Source: a virus
Taxonomy: Duplodnaviria; Caudoviricetes
DNA length: 42,229 nucleotides
Reading direction: 5' to 3' (one strand)
Virus record (IMG/VR): IMGVR_UViG_3300033067_000159
Span: 1-42,229 of that record
Shown: positions 9,039-17,789 of the stretch, piece after piece
Numbering within the stretch: the stretch's first letter is position 1
How the letters are laid out: the number at the start of each line of letters is the position of its first letter
Translations under genes and position numbers: made by a program
Notes under the pieces: generated by a model
Databases searched by the model: none
What the model saw: only the letters and a program-made list of their open reading frames with translations
What the model was told of the DNA's origin: nothing

Positions 9039-11142
9039 CGCAGCATCAACAGTTGAAAACAACTTCATCAAGGGCATTGTCACTGAGTTTTCTGGTCTTA
9101 ACTTTCCTGAGAATGCTTGTGAGGATGCCCTTAACTGTTTCTTCACTGAACAAGGAGAAGTGCGACGCAGGTACGGTATTGACTTTGAAAACTCCTTTTC
9201 CTATGTAAATAAAGACATCAACAACGACGAAGTAACACATTCATTTCATTGGCAGAACGTGAACGGCGATAGCACAACTTCTTTTATTGTTGTTCAGGCT
9301 GGTTCTAATCTTTACTTCTTTAGATTTAACGGTGGTGACTCTGTTTCATCTCAGTATGATGTCTCTCTTGATATTAACTTAGTTCAGTACGCCACAAGCG
9401 GTTCTCCGTCTATTGGCCTCAAGTACTGTCAATTTGTTTCAGGGTCTGGTCTACTTTACGTAGCTCATCCGTATCTGAAACCTTTGTACATTAAGTACGA
9501 TGATGTTAATAATCAAATGGATGTTAATGTTCTTGACATCAAGATCAGAGACTTCAAGGTCCTGGCTGATGGGTACCAAGTAGACGAGTCCCCAACAAAG
9601 TCTTCTATGTCTGCTGAATACGAGTACAATATCCGCAACCAAGGTTGGACTAATCGTTACCTTGATATGTGGTGGAACGTAAACAGCACAGCGCCATCAA
9701 AAGCTGAGCTCTGGTGGTATTTTCGTCTAGCAGCGGGTTCAACTGATAAACAGATTGATGCTGCTCAGGAAGGTTTGGAATTCCGTAATGGTAAAAGGTC
9801 CAGGTTCCCAACGGCTGGTAATGCTCTGGCACCCCGTGGTTACTTTGTCCTTGACGCATTTAATCAGGACCGTGGTTCCAAGATTGGTCGTGCAGGTATC
9901 CCCAGCATCACTTCAGGGTACCAACGTCCTTCTTGCGTTGCGTTTATGAACAGCCGTATTTTTTACGGAGGTATTGACGCTTACCATTACAACGGTGTTA
10001 TTTACTTTAGTAACATCATTCGAGACGTAGACCAAGAAATTAGGTTCTATCAAAATGGTGATCCTACCTCTGAGCTAAACTACGAGCTTCTTGCTAACGA
10101 CGGTGGCAACATTGTCATTCAGGATGCTGGTCGTATTATTTACATGGTGCAAGTAAAGAGTGCTCTTATGGTCTTCTGTCAGAACGGTATCTGGGCAGTT
10201 AAAGGCAGTGAGGGTACTGGATTTAGTCCTCTAGACTACACAGTAGACAAGATCTCTGACATTGGTGTTATCTCACAGAACAACATTGCTCTAATTGATG
10301 GCATCCCAATCTGGTGGAATAATGAAGGCATCTACTCTATTACTGAGCAAGGTGTAGCTTCGGTTTCTATCGGCACTATCCAGACCTTGTACGATCGTAT
10401 TTCTTCTACTGCTAAGCTTTACGCTAAAGCAGCTTATAATCGTCTTTCTAGGGAAGTCTACTGGCTTTACAGCACAGACGAAGACAACCCACGAAACTAC
10501 AATAAGGCGCTGATCTTTAGGAGCACCACTGGTTCTTTTTATATCTATGAGTTCCTTGGTACACCAATTCTTAAAGACATCGTAAGCTTACAGGGTTTGA
10601 GTACTGTAGTCTCAGAAGAAAACGTACTTGATAACTCTGGTGTTGTGATTACCGATAACCTAGGTGCAGACGTTACTGTCGAACTTGAAACAATCATCCA
10701 CGTAAACTCACAGTTCAAGATACTGACTAAAGTAGGAACTACGATTACATTCAGTGAAGTCATCGACACAACCTACAAAGACTGGGTCTCGTACGACAGC
10801 ATTGGGATTTCGTACTCTTCTTACTTTATCACTGGGTTTAGAGTTCACGCTGGTGCAAACAAGAAGTGGCAGGCTAACTACGTAACTGTCTATTCTCGTG
10901 TTGAAGACAACTCATCAGCTTACATGCGCGCCATCTGGGACTTTGCCAATTCAGGTGATACTGGTCAGATTACCAATAGCCAACAGATTTACAACCCACA
11001 GCTTAACAGAGACTTCTCTTTCCGAAGACTTAAAGTCCGAGGCAATGGAATGGCCCTTCAGCTGAAGTTTACTTCAGATGGGAACAAACCATTCGGGATT
11101 ATTGGTTGGGCTTCATCGGAGACTGCTAATGCCCGAGTATAA
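9028..11142 (+). CDS. Tail nozzle (tail tubular protein B-like)
   Basis: 704 aa beta-propeller-like (NNFIKG...RRRYG; RPSCVAFMNSRIFYGG); position after the adaptor. Confidence 0.8.
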   Translation: MGRNAASTVENNFIKGIVTEFSGLNFPENACEDALNCFFTEQGEVRRRYGIDFENSFSYVNKDINNDEVTHSFHWQNVNGDSTTSFIVVQAGSNLYFFRFNGGDSVSSQYDVSLDINLVQYATSGSPSIGLKYCQFVSGSGLLYVAHPYLKPLYIKYDDVNNQMDVNVLDIKIRDFKVLADGYQVDESPTKSSMSAEYEYNIRNQGWTNRYLDMWWNVNSTAPSKAELWWYFRLAAGSTDKQIDAAQEGLEFRNGKRSRFPTAGNALAPRGYFVLDAFNQDRGSKIGRAGIPSITSGYQRPSCVAFMNSRIFYGGIDAYHYNGVIYFSNIIRDVDQEIRFYQNGDPTSELNYELLANDGGNIVIQDAGRIIYMVQVKSALMVFCQNGIWAVKGSEGTGFSPLDYTVDKISDIGVISQNNIALIDGIPIWWNNEGIYSITEQGVASVSIGTIQTLYDRISSTAKLYAKAAYNRLSREVYWLYSTDEDNPRNYNKALIFRSTTGSFYIYEFLGTPILKDIVSLQGLSTVVSEENVLDNSGVVITDNLGADVTVELETIIHVNSQFKILTKVGTTITFSEVIDTTYKDWVSYDSIGISYSSYFITGFRVHAGANKKWQANYVTVYSRVEDNSSAYMRAIWDFANSGDTGQITNSQQIYNPQLNRDFSFRRLKVRGNGMALQLKFTSDGNKPFGIIGWASSETANARV

Positions 11143-11593
11143 CTTTCGTGTAGCAACAATGGAGGATTTGGAAGATGTCTACGACATGGCCAAAGAATTC
11201 TACGAAGCTAGCCCATATTCTAACACTCATGAGTTCTCTGAAGAACGCGTAAAGGAGGTGATCCGTATCTACCTTTCAGCACCGTTGAATGAAGCCGTGG
11301 TAGTGCTTATGCTGGATGGTGAACTACCAGTGGGAATGATTGCTGGTGTCAATACAGCTAATCTATTTTCTAGAGGATCCCAAGCCATTGAGCAAGTCTG
11401 GTGGGTGGATCCTCCCCACAGAAAGACAAGAGCGTCCATCACGCTACTTCTTCTATTTGAAGAATGGGCAAAAGAAATCGGAGCTAAGTTTTGTGTGATG
11501 AGTTCTATTCCTGAATTGACAGAACTAGAAAGACTGTTCGAAGGAGTTGGGTTCCGCTCTATGGAGCATTCCTACGTTAAGGAGATCAAGTAA
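11129..11593 (+). CDS. GNAT acetyltransferase (T7 gp13-like position)
   Basis: FRVATMEDL, WWVDPPHRK, FEGVGF GNAT motifs; likely ATG at 11129 after GGAG. Confidence 0.8.
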   Translation: MPEYNFRVATMEDLEDVYDMAKEFYEASPYSNTHEFSEERVKEVIRIYLSAPLNEAVVVLMLDGELPVGMIAGVNTANLFSRGSQAIEQVWWVDPPHRKTRASITLLLLFEEWAKEIGAKFCVMSSIPELTELERLFEGVGFRSMEHSYVKEIK

Positions 11594-12078
11594 TGGCAGC
11601 ACTTACGACTGCAATTGCTGCTGCTGGTGTAGCTGCTTCAACAGCAGGCACAGTCATGCAGTACAACGCTGCTACTCGCCAAGCAGCTATTCAAAAAGAT
11701 ATCATGCACACGCAGGCAGAAGGTGCAAAGATCGAAGCTGCTAGATCTCGCAGGCAGGCTTACAGAGACAATCTAAAGGCTACTGCAATGAATGAAGCTG
11801 CTGGTGCTTCTGGTGGGGCTATCCAAGGTTCTGGTGTTGCTGGTGGTATCCAGCAGGCTGCTAACAGTGGTATGCAGACACAGCGAGACATTAACCAAAA
11901 TCTTGGAATGGCTCTGAACATTAACGACATGCAGCAGAAATCTCTTGATACTGGTCAGTATGAAGCTTCACTAGTTTCTGGTCTTGGCTCAGGTATGCAA
12001 GACATTAGTAAGACACTAGTAAGTAACCAACAGCAAATTCAAAGAGCGTACCCAGGTCTTTCCTGGCTTTATCGCTAA
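11593..12078 (+). CDS. Small internal virion (ejection) protein
   Basis: Ala/Gly/Gln-rich, hydrophobic N-terminus; gp14-like position. Confidence 0.7.
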   Translation: MAALTTAIAAAGVAASTAGTVMQYNAATRQAAIQKDIMHTQAEGAKIEAARSRRQAYRDNLKATAMNEAAGASGGAIQGSGVAGGIQQAANSGMQTQRDINQNLGMALNINDMQQKSLDTGQYEASLVSGLGSGMQDISKTLVSNQQQIQRAYPGLSWLYR

Positions 12079-12089
12079 CAGGAGAACAA

Positions 12090-15000
12090 ATGACAGACGT
12101 ACTTTCGATTGAGCCCCAGGAGAATAATGGCGAACTCTCTATCGCACCTGACTCCGGTTCTCAACTTCCTAGCTATACGCAAGAAGGTGCAAAATCAAAA
12201 GCTGAACGTGTGAGGTTCAGTATGGGTCCAGAAGACGAACGTTTCTTCGACCCACAGTCGGTTCTATCGACACTGCAGACTTCTTCTGAACAAGACCTCC
12301 AGCAGGTCTTTTCTACTATGGAAACTCTAAAACAGAACCAGCGCCGTATGGATGTCCTGCAAGCTTTTGCTGCGTCTAAGAAGGAACTGGGTGGTACTGT
12401 AACAGACCAAGAACGGGAAATGATCCGCAATCTTTCAAAGGAAGAGCTTGTTGATCCTGGTACTGTTCTTGAAAAGAAGTTTGCTGAGAAGTACACTAAT
12501 TTTGTTCTTAGTCAGCAGTCAGATTGGGCTAAGGCTCAAGACGCTGACACTGAAAAGGCAGATCAGATTGCTAATCAGTTTCAAGATCTGATCTTCAAGC
12601 AAGAAGTAATTCGCACTATGCTGGAGAAGGCTGATAAGAATGTCTCTGATCAGTCGTGGGCAGGATGGGGCGTAGACTTTGCTAAGGGTTTCATCCCTCT
12701 CTACAATACCTACAAGACTAGAGCTCTGGCTCCAAACGCTCCTACGTCTCCTCTTCTAGCAGGTAGCAACGTTGAAGAGCAAGGCGCCTACCTGATGTCC
12801 ATCAGTGATCCTAAGCGCTTCAAGTCCGAGCTAAGTGCAGCGTATGACAAGCTAGCTGAAGACAACCCACAACTAGCTCGTGAGTGGCTGGAGAACATCC
12901 TAGGTCAGACGACTATGTCTCGAAACCTGGATAACATCTTCACTGTTCTGGATGCTGCTAGTATCGCGGGTGCGATTAAGGGAGCCCCAAGAGCAATCAA
13001 AGCACTTCCTGATCTTGCGGAGGGTGCTAGCGCTCGCCTAAGAGCTTCTCTAAGAGGGCTTGCAGAAAACATGGGCCGCAAGAAGGTCGACGAAATCGAC
13101 ACTATTACGGCAGTAGGCAACCAGATTGACGCTGTGTCTATTCAGGCTTCTCGGGCTATGAACCTAAAAGAAGCTGTGGAAAAGACTGGCACCAATGACA
13201 CAACTCTGCTTAGCAGACTGGTCCAGACTGTGGGTGCTAAGATTTTTGATCCTAGCGCTCCGTTTGAAGGTGTCCAGTTCAGCCGTCTTAACAACGCTTG
13301 GGTCTCTCGCCTAGTTGAGATGATGTCGTCTAATAACCAGAGAATGGCTCGCATTCTTTCTGATGTGAACAAGGTCGCTCGGCTCGATGAAGGCTCAGAT
13401 GCGATGCGTCAAGCTTTTGACAATGCCGTGGAGTACGTAAAAGATTTCTATGGCCCTTCTGTCAGAAGCGCAGTTATCGATGCTGAAACTAAGCATGTGT
13501 TTAGCACGGACACTCTAGCTAACGTCAGTAGAGTTGAAGTGGCTATTGGCCGCCCTGATGGTTCTCTGTTTGATACAGAAACTGGTCTACACTCTGCAAT
13601 GAAGTTCTACGGTATCGACGAGAACGCTTACGAAGTTAAACTTGCAGGAAACAAGTTCTACGCTTCTGTTTCAAAGGATGTTGATGAAACTGGTGTGAAG
13701 GATGCCTTTCTAGATACTTCCACAAAGACTAATATCAATCCTTGGGGACGGGTGATGAATTGGGTTCGTTCCTCAGACAACCTAGTTTCCCCTTCTAATA
13801 AGACAGCCCGCAAGACTGCAACATACTCTTCTGAAGAGATCTCGCGTCTTTATTCAGATATGGCTAAACCAATTGCTTCTCTCAACAGCAAGGAGAAGAA
13901 GAGACTAACTCGTCTTCTTGAACAGAACAGAGACATGCCTCACCCGGTTACTGGTGATCGCGGGTACTACTTCAAGGATGTAAACGAGTTTGACCAAGCA
14001 TTTATCCAGATGCACGGTCACGCTCCTAATCCTCAAGAAACTATGGCTTATTTCGCCTCTAAGCAGCTTAATGACTTTGACTACGTACTTCGCAATCTAA
14101 ACCTGTATAGAGACAGAGCGTCACGTGGATGGGAAGACTTTACGTTTAAGTTTGGCGGCAAAGAGACTGGCAAGATCAAAGGCAAACTGCTAAACGATCT
14201 TCCGTGGGATGTTGCAGAAGATGCACGCATCCTGGTGGTTGATCCCGATGGTACACCTCGTATCAAGTATATGAAGCAGATGTCTCCTGCTGAGAGATCT
14301 CTGATGGAAAACGCCATCAAGAATAAGAGCAGGAGAGTTGTTCATATTACTCAGCCTTTGCTGAGAGATATTGAAGAGTCTCTGCCTGATGCTCTCAAGT
14401 CTTCTGACCCAATCAACTATGTGGTCTCGTCTAGCCCTAAGCGATTTGCACTAGGATACGAACAGATCCCGTACAAGGAAGGTGGTCACGTAGTCAACGA
14501 CTACAGGTATTTTGTCAAGAATGCTAACGTCATTGGTGGACCTGGTAACCAGTCGTACATTGGTGACCTTACTTTCTCTGGTCACAATACTGAAAGAGAA
14601 GCGCAAGAGTTTGCTAGAGATCTAGAAGAAGCTAGGCAGATCTACCGCAAGGAACTGGCTGCTGGTAAAACTAACCGTAATACCCAAGAACTAGACGACT
14701 TTGTCAACAGTCACTTCCCGTTTACACCTAATGAATATCGACAGATGCACCACAAGAAGCTCCTGAATGCAGATGGCCCAATTGTGGTTCTGAAGGATGG
14801 TGTTCGTTACAGTGACGTAGCAGACATCAGATCTCAGGGTTTGAAAGATCAGACTAAGTCCCTACACAACCTGGAAGATACGCTAGACAAGGCTTTTACT
14901 TCCGAAAAGGGTGAGCAGCTGTACACCTTCAAGAAGGGAACTGCTGGCAATCCTGCCTGGAAGATGGAGATCGGTAAGACTCTCAATCCTATCGATTCTC

Positions 15001-17789
15001 TTAACCAAGGCCTGCGTTCGGCCATTCGCAGTCGTCTTTACACTGACTACGTGGTCAAGTCTGCTAATGAGTTCATCGAGCAGTTCTCCGACTTGATGGT
15101 TCAGAGCAAGGAAACTATGCGTCGTAACCCGATCTACTGGCTATACCATCCACAGTGGAAGGATCGTCTGTACTCTAGTTCAGCTATGGAGACAGTTGTT
15201 ACTGAAACACGTAAGACTGTTCCAGGACGTGCTAGAAAAGACTGGTCAGCTATGTACGAAGATGGAAACAGTATCCTTGGAGGATCAGCCAACACCCACT
15301 ACGATGATCCAGATCTTTTCGAGCACCCTGCGATTGGGTACCGGAATGTACAGGATGCTTTTGGTGTCCGCAAGTACGGTGATAAAGTACTTCCAGTTCC
15401 CGATTGGTTTAAAGAAGCTGATAATCTTGTAAAAGAGCTTTCTAGTCGTCTTGATATTCCAAATGTCAAATTATGGTTTGGTGAAGGAGATGGAAAATCT
15501 GGTGGTATTTTTACCCAAAGCGATCGCATTAATGGCAAACCTTACTTAAGCATCACTATTCCTAGCAATCTAGGTCAAACCAGACTACAGATTGTAAGAA
15601 CTGTCGCGCATGAAATGGGGCACGCTGTTGACTTTGCAACAATTAAAACTGCTCCAAAAACTACAAGAGATGCCCTGAATAAAGCTTACAACAACTGGAT
15701 TTCTAACAGGATCATTAAGCAAGACCCTACAGATACAGAATTGTTTCCTGGAATTCTTAATAGCAACACTCCTATTAGTGTTCTTATAAAGACTCACCCT
15801 CAGTACGCGGCTTATCTTATCAACAGAGCAGAATGGTTTGCTGAAGAGACTTCTAAGTGGCTCTTAACCCGCAAGCAACCAATGAACGTTGTTGAAAGGT
15901 TCTTTGAAGGTCTTGCTCAGAAGTGGAAGGAAATCTACGAAGCAGTTCTTAAGCCGAAGAAAGACGTAAATGTCAACCGTGCAGTTGCCTCGTTCCTAAG
16001 AGGTCAGTGGAGAGAAGACAAGGAGATTGTTACTCGGCAGTTTAGCACTGTCCTGACTAATGCTCTTGGAAGCGATGAGTCTCTTGAAAGACTTGCTGCA
16101 GCTAAGTCCATGCGAGATGCTGTTATCAGTCTGGTCAGTACACCTACTCCAATCAAGGCAGCTTGGGAGTCTGTACGAAACAGAGCCCTGAACTTTGTCT
16201 ACGACAAATGGGGAAGTGATGGAGCAGCTTGGGTAGACGACATGGCTGTATTCAAGACAAGGGATCCTGTTCGGTTCGCTAGGTCTATTGCATTCCATTC
16301 CAAGATCGGTCTGTTCAATCCTGTACAGTTCTTTGTAAACTCTGCGTCTCTGGTTCATGCGTTTGCCATTTCTCCGCAACATGCGTTTGGTGGCTTTAAA
16401 GACGCGATGTTGATGTTCTATGCAAGGCGTAATCCAAGTGTAGAAATCCAGAATTGGCTGAGAAAGAAGTCTGGTTACAGGCATTGGGATGAACTGAACA
16501 CAGAGCTGAAGCGTTCAGGCTTTGGTAATGTCGGACGTAACGTTGCTGATCTTGATGACTTCCTTGGTGAAAACGCAATCTCTGGTAAGTTTGGTAGATT
16601 CCTTGACGCTGGTACGATCTGGTTTAGATCTTCTGAAGAAATGGTTAGGCTGAATGCCTTTGCTATTGCTCACAGAGAGTGGCGTAAAAAGAACCCAACA
16701 GCTCCTATCACGGATGCTATCCGCCGAGAGCTGACCGACAGAGCTGACAACCTTTCAGTCAACATGAGCAGAGCGTCAAGTGCTTGGTACAACCGTGGGA
16801 TCATGTCGATTCCCGCTCAGTTTACCAGCTACAACATGCGTCTAGCAGAACAGATCACACACGGTATAGTGTCTGGTAAAGGAGCTCTTACTCGTGCTGA
16901 GGCTGCAAAGGCTATGCTCGGGTACTCTCTGCTTTATGGTATCCCGACTGGTGCGGGTGCTGCTGTAGGCTTCTGGCCTGTCCAGCAGAGCTTTGAAGAA
17001 GCAGCCATTAAGTATGGTGTCGACCTAGAAGCTAACGTCTTTGTCAAGGCTCTTAGCCGTGGTGTTGCTACGGTAATCTCTGACGCAGTTGTTGGTGCTA
17101 AGTCAAACGTTCCAGAAAGATACGGTCCTAACGGTCTAAGCATTATCAAGGATGTTGTCAACGGTGATAAAACCATGGTTGACTTCTTTGTTGGTGCTTC
17201 GGGTTCAATCATTTGGCAAGGTTTGGAAGCTAGTTATCCTCTTCTGAAGGCTATGTCACAAGCTATTACTGGTGGTGAAGACTTCCCACTAGTCCATGAT
17301 GACTTCCTTGATGCTGCACGAAACATCTCCACAATTGACAATGCTACAAAAATGTACATGGCAATTAACTGGGGACAGTACATCACCAAGAACGAAGTTG
17401 TTATGACTGATGTCAAGGGTATCCAGAGCATCATTCTTGGGCTAACTGGTCTCACTCCACGAGAAGCTGTTGACACTTATCTCGGTAAGAAGGTCATCAA
17501 GGACATGGCTAAAGAGCAGGAGAATGTAACTAAGCTGGTTGTTAAAGAATTCCACAGAGCCTTCCGTGCTATCCAAGACGGAAAGTTTGAAGACTCTGAG
17601 AGATACTTTAAGCGAGCTCAGACTTACATTGCTGGAGCTGATCTGAATCTACAGGGAAAGAACGCAATCTTCACCAGAGCTCTAGGTGAATACGGTGAAC
17701 AAGCAGACGACGTCAACTTCAAGCTGTTGATGAAGGCTCAAAATGAAGACGTGTTCAACAGACGTCTTGAAAAGGAAAAGAGAAAGTAA
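12090..17789 (+). CDS. Large internal virion (ejectosome) protein with inserted zincin metallopeptidase domain
   Basis: 1899 aa with AGGAG RBS; VAHEMGHAVDF (HExxH, 15609-15623) followed by EWFAE; QFTSY motif in the C-terminal part as in gp16-like proteins. Confidence 0.75.
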   Translation: MTDVLSIEPQENNGELSIAPDSGSQLPSYTQEGAKSKAERVRFSMGPEDERFFDPQSVLSTLQTSSEQDLQQVFSTMETLKQNQRRMDVLQAFAASKKELGGTVTDQEREMIRNLSKEELVDPGTVLEKKFAEKYTNFVLSQQSDWAKAQDADTEKADQIANQFQDLIFKQEVIRTMLEKADKNVSDQSWAGWGVDFAKGFIPLYNTYKTRALAPNAPTSPLLAGSNVEEQGAYLMSISDPKRFKSELSAAYDKLAEDNPQLAREWLENILGQTTMSRNLDNIFTVLDAASIAGAIKGAPRAIKALPDLAEGASARLRASLRGLAENMGRKKVDEIDTITAVGNQIDAVSIQASRAMNLKEAVEKTGTNDTTLLSRLVQTVGAKIFDPSAPFEGVQFSRLNNAWVSRLVEMMSSNNQRMARILSDVNKVARLDEGSDAMRQAFDNAVEYVKDFYGPSVRSAVIDAETKHVFSTDTLANVSRVEVAIGRPDGSLFDTETGLHSAMKFYGIDENAYEVKLAGNKFYASVSKDVDETGVKDAFLDTSTKTNINPWGRVMNWVRSSDNLVSPSNKTARKTATYSSEEISRLYSDMAKPIASLNSKEKKRLTRLLEQNRDMPHPVTGDRGYYFKDVNEFDQAFIQMHGHAPNPQETMAYFASKQLNDFDYVLRNLNLYRDRASRGWEDFTFKFGGKETGKIKGKLLNDLPWDVAEDARILVVDPDGTPRIKYMKQMSPAERSLMENAIKNKSRRVVHITQPLLRDIEESLPDALKSSDPINYVVSSSPKRFALGYEQIPYKEGGHVVNDYRYFVKNANVIGGPGNQSYIGDLTFSGHNTEREAQEFARDLEEARQIYRKELAAGKTNRNTQELDDFVNSHFPFTPNEYRQMHHKKLLNADGPIVVLKDGVRYSDVADIRSQGLKDQTKSLHNLEDTLDKAFTSEKGEQLYTFKKGTAGNPAWKMEIGKTLNPIDSLNQGLRSAIRSRLYTDYVVKSANEFIEQFSDLMVQSKETMRRNPIYWLYHPQWKDRLYSSSAMETVVTETRKTVPGRARKDWSAMYEDGNSILGGSANTHYDDPDLFEHPAIGYRNVQDAFGVRKYGDKVLPVPDWFKEADNLVKELSSRLDIPNVKLWFGEGDGKSGGIFTQSDRINGKPYLSITIPSNLGQTRLQIVRTVAHEMGHAVDFATIKTAPKTTRDALNKAYNNWISNRIIKQDPTDTELFPGILNSNTPISVLIKTHPQYAAYLINRAEWFAEETSKWLLTRKQPMNVVERFFEGLAQKWKEIYEAVLKPKKDVNVNRAVASFLRGQWREDKEIVTRQFSTVLTNALGSDESLERLAAAKSMRDAVISLVSTPTPIKAAWESVRNRALNFVYDKWGSDGAAWVDDMAVFKTRDPVRFARSIAFHSKIGLFNPVQFFVNSASLVHAFAISPQHAFGGFKDAMLMFYARRNPSVEIQNWLRKKSGYRHWDELNTELKRSGFGNVGRNVADLDDFLGENAISGKFGRFLDAGTIWFRSSEEMVRLNAFAIAHREWRKKNPTAPITDAIRRELTDRADNLSVNMSRASSAWYNRGIMSIPAQFTSYNMRLAEQITHGIVSGKGALTRAEAAKAMLGYSLLYGIPTGAGAAVGFWPVQQSFEEAAIKYGVDLEANVFVKALSRGVATVISDAVVGAKSNVPERYGPNGLSIIKDVVNGDKTMVDFFVGASGSIIWQGLEASYPLLKAMSQAITGGEDFPLVHDDFLDAARNISTIDNATKMYMAINWGQYITKNEVVMTDVKGIQSIILGLTGLTPREAVDTYLGKKVIKDMAKEQENVTKLVVKEFHRAFRAIQDGKFEDSERYFKRAQTYIAGADLNLQGKNAIFTRALGEYGEQADDVNFKLLMKAQNEDVFNRRLEKEKRK

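Noticed and set aside
11129-11593. GNAT in the virion module as a novelty
   Set aside because: An acetyltransferase between the nozzle and ejection proteins is a known podoviral arrangement.
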